This document shows positions 1 to 9,485 of a stretch of 64,000 nucleotides of DNA, in pieces. The translations under genes and the position numbers were made by a program. The notes below the pieces were generated by a model. It was not told the origin of the DNA. It saw nothing but the letters and a program-made list of their open reading frames with translations, and did no database searches. Origin of the DNA: Gemmatimonadetes bacterium 2013_60CM_65_52 (GTDB lineage Bacteria > Gemmatimonadota > Gemmatimonadetes > Gemmatimonadales > Gemmatimonadaceae); NCBI GenBank assembly GCA_002215645.1, contig NGFI01000005.1:114678-178677 (forward strand). The letters are read 5' to 3'. Positions within the stretch are counted from its first letter, which is position 1; each line of letters begins with the position of its first letter.

Positions 1-1
1 C

Positions 2-214
2 GAGCGGGTCAAGCGCCAGGCTGGCGTGCTGGCCGGTGCCGTGGGCCTCATCACCGAAGCCCTCCAGGCCGACGAAATCATCCAGCGCGAACAGGCCGAC
101 GTCGTCATCCTCGCGCGCGAGCTGCTCCGCGATCCGCACTTCCCATTGCGGGCGGCGCGCGAGCTCGGCGTGGACGTCACATGGCCGAAGCAGTACGAGC
201 GGGCAAAGCTGTGA
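2..214 (+). CDS. NADH:flavin oxidoreductase (Old Yellow Enzyme family), C-terminal fragment; 5' end lies outside the window
   Basis: The frame is open from the window edge. The tail ...[29 protein letters not shown]... is the typical C-terminal segment of OYE/NamA flavoenzymes. Stop at 212-214. Confidence 0.7.
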   Translation, partial: ERVKRQAGVLAGAVGLITEALQADEIIQREQADVVILARELLRDPHFPLRAARELGVDVTWPKQYERAKL

Positions 215-290
215 GTGGCGACTTCGCCCCTCCCATCCGCAGAGTCCCGCGTTCAATATTCACGTATCTCCACTGACCTCGAGACTGCGC

Positions 291-1871
291 ATGTCCGCTG
301 ACGATTCCGTACCGATTTCACGTCGCACGTTCGTCAAGAACACAGCGACCACCGCCGCCGCACTCGCCGTTGGACCTATGATCGTGCCACGACACGTGCT
401 CGGCATGGGCTTCCAGGCTCCCAGCGATACCTTGAACGTCGCCATGATCGGCATCGGCGGAATGGGGAAGGAGAACATGATCTCCCTCGCCAACGCCGGC
501 GCCAACATCGTCGCCATCTGCGACGCCGACTGGGGCTACGTCGAGCGGGCCATGGCGGGCCGACTTCGCCCGCCGCAGGGACAAACGGAGCTCGCGCCGC
601 AGATGCAGGCCGTGAAGGCCGCCTTCGAGAAGGCCAAGCGCTACACCGATTACCGCACCATGCTCGAGGAGCAGCGGGACATCGATGCCGTGAGCATCGC
701 CACGCCCGATCACCTGCACGCCGTCATCGCCTACACGGCCATGAAGCACGGCAAGCACGTGTACGTGCAGAAGCCGCTCACATATTCGGTGCAGGAGGCG
801 CGCATCCTCGCGCGGACTGCGCGCGACACGAAAGTCGTGTCGCAGATGGGCAACCAGGGCCACTCGATGGACGGCACCCGCCGCCTCGTTGAGCTCATCA
901 ACGCCGGCGTCATCGGACCCATTCGTGAAGTGCACGTATGGACCGACCGGCCGCAGCGTTACTGGGCCCAGGGCATTCCGCGTCCGGCGCTGCCGGGTGC
1001 GACTCCAGCGCCAACGCCCGCACCGGCACCGAGCCCGTTTCCGCCCGCGCCCCCGAGCTGGAACATGCGCGCCGTCGACCGCGCCGTCCTCGCCGCGATG
1101 GCCGCCAATCCGCAGGAGATCCCGCCCGGCCTTCAGTGGGATCTCTTCATCGGACCGGCCAAGTTCTACCCCTATCACCCGGCCTATCATCCGTTCAGTT
1201 GGCGCGGCTGGGTGGACTTCGGCGTCAGCGCCATCGGCGACATGGGCGCCCACCTCATCGACCAACCGTTCTGGGCCCTCGGACTCGGCCTGCCGACTGC
1301 CATTACGTCCACGTCCACGGCGTGGGGCGGACCCGCCAACAATCCCGGGACGTACCCGCTCGCGATGTCCACGCGCTACGAGTTCGCCGCGCGCGGCGAT
1401 CAGCCGCCCGTCGTCCTGACATGGTACGACGGTGGTCTCGTGCCCATGATCAGCGGCGACTTTGTGCTTCCCCGCGGCGACGGCGGCGGCGGTGTGTTCG
1501 TTGGTGAGAATGGCTTCATCACCTACGAGACGTATGGCAACCGTCCCAAGGTGTATCCCGAAGCTGCCGCGGCTCGGGCGGAGCAGGTGCCCATGTCCGT
1601 CACGCGCATCGAGATGTCGCACGAAGCCAACTTCGTCAATGCGTGCAAGGGCAACGTTGCTCCGAGCTCACCGTTCGACTACGCGGCCAAGCTCACCGAA
1701 ACGATGCTCCTCGGCATCGTGGCGCTCCGTGCCGGCCAGTCCCAGCGCATTCTGTACGACGCCGCACAGATGAAGGTGACGAACATCGCCGACGCGAATC
1801 AGTGGCTCACGCGAGAGTATCGTCCCGGCTGGCAGCCGTGGAGCGCGAGCGAAGCATCGGCCGCCATTTGA
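291..1871 (+). CDS. Gfo/Idh/MocA family oxidoreductase with twin-arginine (Tat) signal
   Basis: The ATG at 291 inside ORF 36..1871 gives [27 protein letters not shown] (an SRRxF Tat motif). This is followed by the Rossmann segment [14 protein letters not shown] and VYVQKPLT (EKP-type motif). The upstream 85 codons are Ser/Arg-rich and overlap the previous gene. Confidence 0.85.
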   Translation: MSADDSVPISRRTFVKNTATTAAALAVGPMIVPRHVLGMGFQAPSDTLNVAMIGIGGMGKENMISLANAGANIVAICDADWGYVERAMAGRLRPPQGQTELAPQMQAVKAAFEKAKRYTDYRTMLEEQRDIDAVSIATPDHLHAVIAYTAMKHGKHVYVQKPLTYSVQEARILARTARDTKVVSQMGNQGHSMDGTRRLVELINAGVIGPIREVHVWTDRPQRYWAQGIPRPALPGATPAPTPAPAPSPFPPAPPSWNMRAVDRAVLAAMAANPQEIPPGLQWDLFIGPAKFYPYHPAYHPFSWRGWVDFGVSAIGDMGAHLIDQPFWALGLGLPTAITSTSTAWGGPANNPGTYPLAMSTRYEFAARGDQPPVVLTWYDGGLVPMISGDFVLPRGDGGGGVFVGENGFITYETYGNRPKVYPEAAAARAEQVPMSVTRIEMSHEANFVNACKGNVAPSSPFDYAAKLTETMLLGIVALRAGQSQRILYDAAQMKVTNIADANQWLTREYRPGWQPWSASEASAAI

Positions 1872-1892
1872 CCAGAACCGCAGGACCGAATC

Positions 1893-2159
1893 ATGTGCAG
1901 AAACATCAAGACACTCGCGAACTTCGAACCGCCGGCCACCAATGACGAGGTGCGAGCGTCCGCATTGCAATTCGTGCGGAAGCTCAGCGGGACGACAAAG
2001 CCTTCACGCGCGAACGAGGAGGCCTTCAGTCGCGCCGTGGATGAAGTCACCGAGACCGCGCGCCGGCTGATCGACGCCATCGAGATTCACGCGCCGCCGC
2101 GCAATCGCGAAGAGGAAGCCCGAAAGGCAAAGGAGCGCTCGCTCAAGCGCTTCGCCTGA
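1893..2159 (+). CDS. DUF2277 domain-containing small protein
   Basis: The 88-aa ORF begins MCRNIKTLANFEPPATNDEVRASALQFVRKLSG..., which I recognise as the conserved N-terminus of the DUF2277 family. It starts 21 nt after the upstream stop. Confidence 0.7.
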   Translation: MCRNIKTLANFEPPATNDEVRASALQFVRKLSGTTKPSRANEEAFSRAVDEVTETARRLIDAIEIHAPPRNREEEARKAKERSLKRFA

Positions 2160-2175
2160 CGTACTGCGATGACCG

Positions 2176-2787
2176 CTAGCGGCCGTCTTCCAATCGGACG
2201 AGTCGCCAGCGGCCGTCGAGCTTCTCGAGGAGAGCAACCCGCCTCACCGTATCACGGTCGGCGCCGAGCGCGACGCCGTTCGCGTTCGGCAGGATGGTGA
2301 AGAGGTAGCTCACTTTCGCCGAGTCGGCCCCGATCGGCGCCGTGCCTCCGACGGCGACGTGTCGGCGGCCCGCCGTCACGTCCCATCCGCGCCGCTCGCC
2401 TCCATTTGGAATGCTCGCGCCATGGACGGGCGCCCACCCGTCGGCCGTGAGCCGCGCCTCGTCGCGCAACGTGGCTGCGCACCAGCCAGGCTCCACCACC
2501 TGTCCCGCCGACGTATCGCGCAGCGTCACCCAGTCGGCCATTACGAGCCAACGCCAATTGGCGAGCGGCTCTGCAACTACGGCGCGATCTGATCGACTGC
2601 GGAGCTTGGCGAGGACTTCGGCGCAGGAGAACCACGGCGGGCCGTCGGCCCAGACGCGCACGGTTGCCACCGCGGAGTCTTCCGCCGGCCTTGCGCGGCG
2701 AATGGCGGCCAGGGCCTCCTCATGGCTGGGCCCGCGCTGGCAGCAGCAGAGCACGGTCGGAAGAACAAGAGTGGCGAGACGTCGCAT
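2176..2787 (-). CDS. hypothetical exported protein or lipoprotein
   Basis: ORF 2176..2799. The ATG at 2787 follows a GGAG 5 nt upstream and gives MRRLATLVLPTVLCCC (signal or lipoprotein-like). I recognise no domain. A GTG at 2799 is an alternative start. Confidence 0.55.
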   Translation of the reverse strand: MRRLATLVLPTVLCCCQRGPSHEEALAAIRRARPAEDSAVATVRVWADGPPWFSCAEVLAKLRSRSDRAVVAEPLANWRWLVMADWVTLRDTSAGQVVEPGWCAATLRDEARLTADGWAPVHGASIPNGGERRGWDVTAGRRHVAVGGTAPIGADSAKVSYLFTILPNANGVALGADRDTVRRVALLEKLDGRWRLVRLEDGR

Positions 2788-2863
2788 TGGACTCCGCACC
2801 GATGCGAATCACGTTCCGCGCCCGGTTGTGCTTTCGGTCTTTATTCGGTATATCCCGAAGTCG

Positions 2864-3946
2864 ATGCGGGAGCTTCAAATGCGCGAACAGACCACGTTTT
2901 TTGGCGACGCAACCGGTGCACGCGCGCTGCCCATGGTGGGCGAGCAGAAGGACATCCGGTATTACGCAAGCGTGCCGCGCAGCGTCCTGAACTCACCGAC
3001 TGCCACCGGCATGGGCTTCTGGTCCATCAACCCATATGTCGGCTGCGCATTCGGCTGCGCCTACTGCTACGCGAGGTACGCGCATCGCTATGCCGCCGAG
3101 CGTCTCAATTCCGCCGCGGCGGAGAGTGGGGACACGGCACTCCCGGTGGATGAGCTGCCGCCGTGGCTCGCCTTCGAGCGGCGGATCATGGTCAAGCGCG
3201 AGGCACCTCTGCTCCTCCGCCGCGCACTCGCTCGCCCCGCCGTTCACTCGGCGCTTCAGCACGAATCCGTCGTGATCGGCACCGCGACCGATCCCTATCA
3301 GCCAGCCGAGCGGCGCTTCCGGATCACGCGTGGCATTCTCGAGGTGCTCACCACGCAGCACGGTCTCTCCGTCACCATCATCACCAAGAGTCCGCTCGTG
3401 ACGCGAGACATCGATCTCCTGGTTCGCCTCCGCGAGCGGGCGAACCGCGTCTCCGTGCACGTGTCGCTCATCACCGTGGACCGAGAGCTCGCGCGCCGGC
3501 TCGAGCCGCGCGCGCCGACGCCCGAGTCTCGGCTGCGAGCCATTGCCCGCCTGCGCGCGCACGACATCGAAGTCGGCGTCAACTGCATGCCCGTGCTCCC
3601 GGGCATCACCGATGCAGCGGACCAGATCGAGGCGCTCGTGGGCCGCATCGCCGAATCGCGTGCGAGCTACGTGGGTGCGTGCGCGCTGCGGCTTCAGTCG
3701 GCCGCGCGCGCTCGGTATCTCCCCTTCATCGAGAGCGAATTTCCCACGCTCGCGGATCGCTATCGTCGCGCGTATGCGAGGAGTCACCAGGTGAGCGAGC
3801 AGTACCGCGCCGCCCTGCGCGAGCGTTTCGTGTCGGTCTGCGAACGGCACGGCGTCAAGTTCGGGAGATATTACGAGGACGATGGCGACGCAGCCGACGT
3901 TGTCGAGTCGCCGGAATTCCCGAGCCAATTGGCTCTTCCGCTCTGA
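2864..3946 (+). CDS. radical SAM protein (SplB / Rv2578c-like DNA-repair photolyase family)
   Basis: An internal ATG at 2864 (alternative 2879) in ORF 2342..3946. The CxxxCxxC cluster motif is GCAFGCAYCYA, preceded by FWSINPYVGC. The length of about 360 aa is typical of the family. The upstream part of the ORF overlaps the divergent gene and is Arg/Ser-rich. Confidence 0.85.
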   Translation: MRELQMREQTTFFGDATGARALPMVGEQKDIRYYASVPRSVLNSPTATGMGFWSINPYVGCAFGCAYCYARYAHRYAAERLNSAAAESGDTALPVDELPPWLAFERRIMVKREAPLLLRRALARPAVHSALQHESVVIGTATDPYQPAERRFRITRGILEVLTTQHGLSVTIITKSPLVTRDIDLLVRLRERANRVSVHVSLITVDRELARRLEPRAPTPESRLRAIARLRAHDIEVGVNCMPVLPGITDAADQIEALVGRIAESRASYVGACALRLQSAARARYLPFIESEFPTLADRYRRAYARSHQVSEQYRAALRERFVSVCERHGVKFGRYYEDDGDAADVVESPEFPSQLALPL

Positions 3947-4052
3947 GCCGTGGTCCGCTGTAATTGGCACGATTCATGGGGAGATCGTAGGTTCCGGTGT
4001 CAGCTCTCACACGGCCCATTGGCCGGACCCGAACCTGAGCGAGGGGGATAAC

Positions 4053-4292
4053 ATGATGGACACGATCCGCATGCGTCGCGTCGCAGGCGCAACACTCATG
4101 CTGGCAGCCGCGTTACTCTGCCAGGCGTGCGCGGTGACCACGGGGCAATTCATTCCCGGTCGCGCGTCGTCGACGAACCGCAGCATGACGAGCCATTTCG
4201 ACGTCACGCGCATGCACTCGGCCGCCCTGACGCCGCACGCCGTCATGGCCACGACGAATGAGAAAGGCTACTTCGACTTCAGATACTATTGA
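4053..4292 (+). CDS. small hypothetical lipoprotein
   Basis: The ATG at 4053 is preceded by GAGGGGGA. The N-terminus MMDTIRMRRVAGATLMLAAALLCQAC looks like a lipoprotein signal. No homology recognised. Confidence 0.45.
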   Translation: MMDTIRMRRVAGATLMLAAALLCQACAVTTGQFIPGRASSTNRSMTSHFDVTRMHSAALTPHAVMATTNEKGYFDFRYY

Positions 4293-4445
4293 TGTCCGCT
4301 ACCGGCCGGCGGGGCTGGTCGGCGCGGGGTGAGAGCATGGGGTGAATGGTGGCGCGCCCGGATATTGCCGTGCCGGGGTTTCGTCAAGGGCTCGTGGGGG
4401 TTTCAGGCCCTTCTGGCGGAAACCGGCCTGGGCACTTAGACTAGG

Positions 4446-4461
4446 CTTAGAAAATCTTAAG
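4446..4461. promoter_or_regulatory. AT-rich 16-bp inverted-repeat motif CTTAR-N6-YTAAG, site 1 of 4
   Basis: CTTAG|AAAATC|TTAAG, with a third CTTAG 11 nt upstream at 4435-4439. It lies 85 nt upstream of the ATG at 4546, and a -10-like TATGTG sits at 4488-4493. Confidence 0.4.
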
Positions 4462-4545
4462 CGGGCGAGCAACAGCCTTTCTCGCTCTATGTGGCGCCAT
4501 CGGCGTCAGACCGACGACAGCCTGTCGTCTCTCTAATCTCATCCT

Positions 4546-4773
4546 ATGCCCGACATCAATCTGCGCCGCCTCGACGTGACCAATCCTGGACGGGGCCCCT
4601 GGAAAGTTGTGCCGGACCTGTCCAACCGCGCCATTCTCGTGAAGAACGGGAGGAGTGGATATGGTCACAAGGTGTATTACGGCACCCGAACCAAGCGCAC
4701 GCAGGAAGACGCCGAGGTGCAGGCGGTCGCGATGTGCGCGATCCTGAACGCGCTCAAGGCCAAGCGGCCCTGA
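4546..4773 (+). CDS. hypothetical small protein (75 aa), stand-alone transcription unit
   Basis: The ORF is bracketed by motif site 1 upstream and a strong intrinsic terminator downstream. There is no obvious SD and I recognise no domain. Confidence 0.45.
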   Translation: MPDINLRRLDVTNPGRGPWKVVPDLSNRAILVKNGRSGYGHKVYYGTRTKRTQEDAEVQAVAMCAILNALKAKRP

Positions 4774-4784
4774 CAAACGACTGA

Positions 4785-4816
4785 AGCGGTGAGCCACAAT
4801 CGGCTCGCCGCTTTTT
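4785..4816 (+). terminator. Rho-independent terminator
   Basis: An 11-bp stem, AGCGGTGAGCC / GGCTCGCCGCT, with one G-U pair and a 6-nt loop ACAATC. It is followed directly by TTTT and starts 12 nt after the stop at 4771-4773. Confidence 0.75.
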
Positions 4817-5040
4817 GCAGGAAATGAGGAGAGTGTGTGGGCTTGCGGGGGGCGCGTTGCGCCGCTCCCCAGCTGGCCCGCCCCCTGAATGTCGCCCGTG
4901 CCAACCATTGGCCGGGCGATTCTGTCTATCTGGGGGCTGGGAATCGCCGGGCGGCGCTTTCGGTACTACCGTCCTCCCGTCCTCCTGTAGGATTCTGGCA
5001 ACGAGCGGCATCCTGACAGCGTAACCCGTACACGTGTTCG

Positions 5041-7515
5041 ATGGACAGACAAGTGCTCCACAGCGTACTCCTCCTCGCCACCGCCGCGATGTGCGCAGGC
5101 ACCGTCGACGCCCAGGCTCCGGCGGCGGCCCCGCGCTCCGCTGGCGGCGGAGTCGGTGAGATTCACGGCCGGCTCGCCGATTCCACGAGCGGGCGAGCCG
5201 TGACCAGTGGGTCTGTCACCCTTCGTCGAGCGAGCGATACCGCCTTTGCCGGCGGGGCGCTGCCCAAAGAGGACGGAAGCTTCCACATCGACGGCGTCGC
5301 GCCGGGCACCTATACGCTTCGCATTCGCGCGCTCGGGTTCGCGCAATTCGTGCGCTCCGGCATCGTCATCACCGCGGCCAATCCGACCGTCGACCTGGGC
5401 GTGCTCCACCTGCACGGCGTGGTGACCAAGCTCGAGGGTCAACAGGTGGTCGCCGAGCGCGAAGAGACCGTCATCGCGCCGGACCGCACATCGTACAACA
5501 CCAGGAACATGACCGCCGCGAGCGGCGGCACCGCGATCGACGTCCTCCGCAACATCCCGCAGGTGGAGGTGGACGGCACCAACAAGGTGAGCCTCCGCGG
5601 CAATCAGAACGTCGTCGTCCAGATCAACGGACGCTCCACTCCGCTCAAGGGCGAGCAGCTCGGCACCTTCCTCTCGCAGATGCCGGCCAACACCGTCAAG
5701 ACCGTGGAAGTCGCCGCGAATCCCTCGGCGAAGGATGATCCGGAAGGCACCGCCGGCATCATCAACATCGTGCTCAATCAGGAAGCGGAGATCGGTCTGA
5801 GCGGGGGCGTCAATGTCGGCACGGGTACGACGGGGCAGGTGAACGCCTCCGGCAACGTGGGCAAACAACAGGGGCACGTCACCGGGTTCATGTCGCTCTT
5901 CGGATATCGGGACAGCCGCGCCACCTCCGGCACCATCTCGCGCACCAACCTCGTCATCCCCGTGCCTGCCTTTGTGGAGACGAGCATGTCCGGGCGACAG
6001 CGGCCGTTGTCGGGCGGCGGCAATTTTCGCGGGGAGTATCGGTTCAACGACCGCGACGCCCTGACCTTCGACAGCTATCTCTACGCGGGCCACTACGGCG
6101 GCAGGAACGCGACCTACTACACCGATCTCGACACCGTGCGCAACATGATCGGCGCGTTCAATCAGCTGAACGACAACGACTCGCACAACCTGTCACAGGA
6201 TTACGACGTTGCATTTCGGCGGCAGGGAAAGCCGACCACGCCGCAGCTCACCGCCGAGATCGAGTACGCGAACAACACCAACAACACCGACGTGAACCTG
6301 TCGGGGTTGGTGACCAAACCAGACGTCTCCACGCCGTCCATCATCCCCACCGAGCGCGATCACACCGTTGGGCGCTATCCGTATGTGAACGCCAAGCTGG
6401 ACTTCACGTATCCCGTGAATCCGGCCACCAAGTTCGAGACGGGCGGGAAGTACGCGGACCGCAACACCGGCAACGACTTCACCGCTGCCTACCTGAACGC
6501 AGCCACCGGGGCATTCGACGTCAATCCCGCACGCAACACGTCGTTCACATATCGGGAACACATCGGCGGCGCGTACGCACTGCTCTCTCGGCAGCTGGGC
6601 AAGTTCCAGACGCAGGGCGGCGTGCGTCTCGAGGACGCCAACACGATGTTCGATCTCCCGCTGACGGGCCAACACTTCGACAAACACTACGCGAGCGCAT
6701 ATCCGAGCGGAGTGCTCACCTACAACATCACCGACATGCGCTCGGTGCGAGCGAGCTATTCACGCCGCGTCTCTCGGCCCAACCCGTATCAGCTCAGCCC
6801 CATCGAGTTCCGGATGGACACGCGCAACGTGTTTCGCGGCAATCCCGATCTGGCCGCCGAGTACACGAATGCGGTGGACTTCAGCCTGCAGGAGGCGCAT
6901 ACATGGGGCTCGCTCCAGCTCAACCCCTATGTGCGTCACACTGCGCATGCCGTACGCAACATCCAGTTCGTGGATGCCAACGGCATCTCGGTCAGCACCT
7001 TCGAGAACGTCGCGAGCACGACCACCATCGGCAGCGATCTCAATCTCAACTACCGGAACGGTCCGTTGACGACGGGCGCCGGGGGCAGCGCGTATCACTA
7101 TTCGAGCGACGCCACCAACCTTGCGACGAATCTGTCGACGAATACGTTCTCGTGGTCCCTGCGGGCGAACGGCACGTACAAGCTGTCGAGCATCGTCGAC
7201 GCGCAGATGTTCTCGTTCTATCGCGCGCCGACGAAGACGGAGGGTGGGTCGCAGCTGGCGTCGGTGAATCTCAATGCCGGCATCCGATACAAGGTCTGGG
7301 GCGACCAGGGGAACATCTCGCTGCGCATCAACGATCCGTTCAAGATGCAGAAATTCGGGTATCGCACGGCGAATGGATCGGTGGTGGAGTACAGCGAGCG
7401 GTTCTTTGGATCCCGGGCGCTGTTCCTGACGGTGTCGCGGAACTTCGGTCAGGCGCTGCGATTGCGTCCGAAGTCGGAATCGGAAGAGGGTCCTTCGGCG
7501 CCGCCGACCCCCTGA
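5041..7515 (+). CDS. TonB-dependent receptor-like outer-membrane beta-barrel protein with N-terminal CarboxypepD_reg domain
   Basis: Signal peptide MDRQVLHSVLLLATAAMCAGTVDAQA. The Ig-like segment GRLADSTSGRAVTSGSVTL...DGSFHIDGVAPGTYTLRIRALGF matches CarboxypepD_reg. A plug-like segment (IDVLRNIPQVEVDG...VSLRG) follows, then a long beta-strand-rich C-terminal region. Confidence 0.85.
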   Translation: MDRQVLHSVLLLATAAMCAGTVDAQAPAAAPRSAGGGVGEIHGRLADSTSGRAVTSGSVTLRRASDTAFAGGALPKEDGSFHIDGVAPGTYTLRIRALGFAQFVRSGIVITAANPTVDLGVLHLHGVVTKLEGQQVVAEREETVIAPDRTSYNTRNMTAASGGTAIDVLRNIPQVEVDGTNKVSLRGNQNVVVQINGRSTPLKGEQLGTFLSQMPANTVKTVEVAANPSAKDDPEGTAGIINIVLNQEAEIGLSGGVNVGTGTTGQVNASGNVGKQQGHVTGFMSLFGYRDSRATSGTISRTNLVIPVPAFVETSMSGRQRPLSGGGNFRGEYRFNDRDALTFDSYLYAGHYGGRNATYYTDLDTVRNMIGAFNQLNDNDSHNLSQDYDVAFRRQGKPTTPQLTAEIEYANNTNNTDVNLSGLVTKPDVSTPSIIPTERDHTVGRYPYVNAKLDFTYPVNPATKFETGGKYADRNTGNDFTAAYLNAATGAFDVNPARNTSFTYREHIGGAYALLSRQLGKFQTQGGVRLEDANTMFDLPLTGQHFDKHYASAYPSGVLTYNITDMRSVRASYSRRVSRPNPYQLSPIEFRMDTRNVFRGNPDLAAEYTNAVDFSLQEAHTWGSLQLNPYVRHTAHAVRNIQFVDANGISVSTFENVASTTTIGSDLNLNYRNGPLTTGAGGSAYHYSSDATNLATNLSTNTFSWSLRANGTYKLSSIVDAQMFSFYRAPTKTEGGSQLASVNLNAGIRYKVWGDQGNISLRINDPFKMQKFGYRTANGSVVEYSERFFGSRALFLTVSRNFGQALRLRPKSESEEGPSAPPTP

Positions 7516-7775
7516 GAGAGCGGCGACGCGCGACGCTCCTAGCTCGACGCACGAGGTTGGCGGCTGCGGAGCGCGCGCATCTCGCGCTCCAGCTGGTCCA
7601 GCTCATCCTGCTCCTCCAAACGAATCATCGTGTTCCGCTGCTCACCCCATAAAGGCTCGTGCCACGCGATATCGCCGAAGGCGAACGCGGAGGCCCGCCA
7701 GCGGACTGCACAAGCCGCCGTGTTGCCACGTCTAAGAGCCGCCCTCGTCAATGGCTGAGAAAGCTCCGAAGTCGC

Positions 7776-7791
7776 CTTAAGAAAACTTAAG
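7776..7791. promoter_or_regulatory. AT-rich 16-bp inverted-repeat motif CTTAR-N6-YTAAG, site 2 of 4
   Basis: CTTAA|GAAAAC|TTAAG has perfect half-site symmetry. It sits immediately upstream of a sigma70-like promoter. Confidence 0.45.
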
Positions 7792-7798
7792 CGCACTG

Positions 7799-7827
7799 TT
7801 GACACGGTGGCTGGTGGGCCCTATACA
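7799..7827 (+). promoter_or_regulatory. sigma70-like promoter for the multicopper oxidase gene
   Basis: TTGACA at 7799-7804, an exactly 17-nt spacer, then TATACA at 7822-7827. This rules out the track's GTG start at 7807. Confidence 0.45.
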
Positions 7828-7842
7828 CCGGATTCTCACGGG

Positions 7843-9378
7843 ATGCGAGCGACCATGAGCGGTACAACGAACAATCGATTCACCGTTGTCTTTGCAGGTC
7901 TCATTGCGGTCGCAGCGGCGCCCGTCGTAAGGGCGCAAGCGGACACGCTCATCGACCCGCCCAGCATTGCCAGCGTCAGCGGCAGGCTCGTGGTGACTCT
8001 CACGGCGGCGCCCGCCTCGGTGATCATCGGCGGGCAGGTCATCGCAACGAACGTGTACAACGGTCTCTACGCGCCTCCCACGCTTCACGTAAGACGCAGT
8101 GATTCACTGGAGCTCACCCTTCAAAATGGAGTCGGCTCCGGCCAGTCGACAAATCTTCACTACCATGGGTGGGCTGTCACGCCACAGGCGCAGGGCGACG
8201 ACGTCTTCGTGCACGTGCCCGTCAATACATCCTACTACTACCAGTTTCAATTGCCGTGGAACCACTCGGAAGGCATGTACTGGTATCATCCCCATCCGCA
8301 CGGCTTCAGCGAATCTCAGGTCCTTGGCGGCATGTCCGGAGCGCTCATCGTCGACGGCCTTTTGGAGGACAACTATCCCGAGCTCGTCGGTATTCGCGAG
8401 CATGTCATGCTCCTCAAAGACATCCAGTTACCTGGAGACTCCGCCGACGCGCCGAAGACCAAGACGATCAACGGGCAGCTGAATCCGGTCATCACCATCC
8501 AACCGGGCGAGCTCCAGTTTTGGCGCATCGGAAACGTGGGGGCGGACTCGTACGTGAACCTGTCCCTCGGAGGCCTCCCGTTCTACGTGATCGCGATTGA
8601 CGGCAACGTGACTGCTTGCATTCCGCTCAATCGCTGGGGACCTCAGGTCTGTCCCGTGCTTGTGACTCAGTATCTTCTTCCCCCGTCGTCCCGAGTGGAG
8701 ATTATCGTATCCGGTCCAGGTCCCGGAGCATACGCGATCAACTCGTTGGCCGTGGATACCGGTCCGGACGGCGACCCAAATCCACAAGTGCAACTGGCAA
8801 CGCTCGTGTCGGGAGGCAGCTCAATGCTGGCAGCGCCGCGCATGGTTGCCGCGAGGCGTCGTCTGGTGGTTCCACACACGACGAGAGCGACGAACGTTCG
8901 CCCGACACCGGCCGCACTCAAGTATGCAGCTATCACGAGGCGCGACACGCTGGTCTACACTGAAGACACTCTGACCAACCAGTTCTTCATCAACGGAAAG
9001 CAGTTCGACCCGAACCGAAACGACACCTATGCCCACGTCGGTGACGTGATCGAGTTCACGATCATCAACCAGACGCGAGAGCTGCACACCTTTCATATAC
9101 ATCAGACTGACTACCTCGTTACAGAGATCAACGGACAGCCGGCCAACTCCGTGAGCTTGCAAGACAATGTGAATCTGCCATACGTGGTTGGCGCTCAGCC
9201 GGGTGTGGTGAAAGTGATCGTGCCATTCTACGAGCCCGTAACGGTCGGCAAGTTTGTGTATCACTGTCACATTCTGGAGCACGAGGACGGAGGAATGATG
9301 GGGACGATGGTGCTCCTTCCCGCTGCGGCCCGTCGGCCAGCAGCTAAGGCCGCTGGAGCGACTCGGTCGAGGCACTAG
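7843..9378 (+). CDS. multicopper oxidase (three-domain, CueO/laccase-like)
   Basis: All four copper-ligand motifs are present: HYHGW, WYHPHPHG, HTFHIHQ and HCHILEHEDGGMMG. The signal-like N-terminus is MRATMSGTTNNRFTVVFAGLIAVAAAPVVRAQA. An alternative ATG lies at 7855. Confidence 0.9.
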   Translation: MRATMSGTTNNRFTVVFAGLIAVAAAPVVRAQADTLIDPPSIASVSGRLVVTLTAAPASVIIGGQVIATNVYNGLYAPPTLHVRRSDSLELTLQNGVGSGQSTNLHYHGWAVTPQAQGDDVFVHVPVNTSYYYQFQLPWNHSEGMYWYHPHPHGFSESQVLGGMSGALIVDGLLEDNYPELVGIREHVMLLKDIQLPGDSADAPKTKTINGQLNPVITIQPGELQFWRIGNVGADSYVNLSLGGLPFYVIAIDGNVTACIPLNRWGPQVCPVLVTQYLLPPSSRVEIIVSGPGPGAYAINSLAVDTGPDGDPNPQVQLATLVSGGSSMLAAPRMVAARRRLVVPHTTRATNVRPTPAALKYAAITRRDTLVYTEDTLTNQFFINGKQFDPNRNDTYAHVGDVIEFTIINQTRELHTFHIHQTDYLVTEINGQPANSVSLQDNVNLPYVVGAQPGVVKVIVPFYEPVTVGKFVYHCHILEHEDGGMMGTMVLLPAAARRPAAKAAGATRSRH

Positions 9379-9485
9379 GACCGGCGAAAGCGCGCGTGTG
9401 AGCGCGTCAGCGTACGGGGATCGCGATGCGGGTGCGTGTACGCTCGCAATTGACGCTCCCGCTCCACTCGCTTCCATTTCGCGCC

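Noticed and set aside
36-290. N-terminal extensions implied by the longest-ORF coordinates. Examples: 36 versus 291, 2342 versus 2864, 7807 versus 7843, 9426 versus 9486, 11232 versus 11307, 29334 versus 29463, 41857 versus 41962, 47808 versus 47907, 57911 versus 58073.
   Set aside because: The extensions are Ser/Arg/Pro-rich and overlap upstream genes or promoters. They precede obvious signal peptides, RBS-associated ATGs or ATGA/GTGA coupling sites, so I used the internal starts.
318-1622. 434-aa minus-strand ORF antisense to the Gfo/Idh/MocA gene. The same class includes 4966..6186(-), 12831..14099(+), 14310..15596(+), 26616..27869(-), 30993..31985(-), 35158..36339(-), 46018..47832(-), 49896..51221(+), 51338..52789(+), 59287..60537(-) and 63042..63920(-).
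   Set aside because: All of them lie entirely inside, antisense to or out of frame with ORFs that carry clear family motifs. Their products are Arg/Ala/Gly/Pro-rich with no recognisable motif. This is the usual shadow-ORF artefact of high-GC DNA.
4400-4436. Pseudoknot-like arrangement GGTTTC-AGGCC-N9-GAAACC-GGCCT upstream of motif site 1.
   Set aside because: The two helices would have zero-length connecting loops, which is sterically implausible for an H-type pseudoknot. They are more likely two mutually exclusive weak hairpins of no demonstrated significance.
4817-5040. Possible riboswitch (cobalamin or TPP) in the 224-nt leader of the TonB-dependent-receptor-like gene.
   Set aside because: I could not find a B12-box-like element or the conserved TPP CUGAGA/ACCUGA elements by eye. 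Only generic GC-rich hairpins are present. A covariance-model scan (Rfam/Infernal) would be decisive.
7539-7805. 88-aa minus-strand ORF between the receptor and multicopper oxidase genes, with a coiled-coil-looking tail (MIRLEEQDELDQLEREMRALRSRQ).
   Set aside because: Its 5' part runs through motif site 2 and the region just upstream of the oxidase promoter. It has no RBS, and only the last roughly 29 codons look protein-like. It cannot be excluded as a tiny gene, but the evidence is insufficient to call it.
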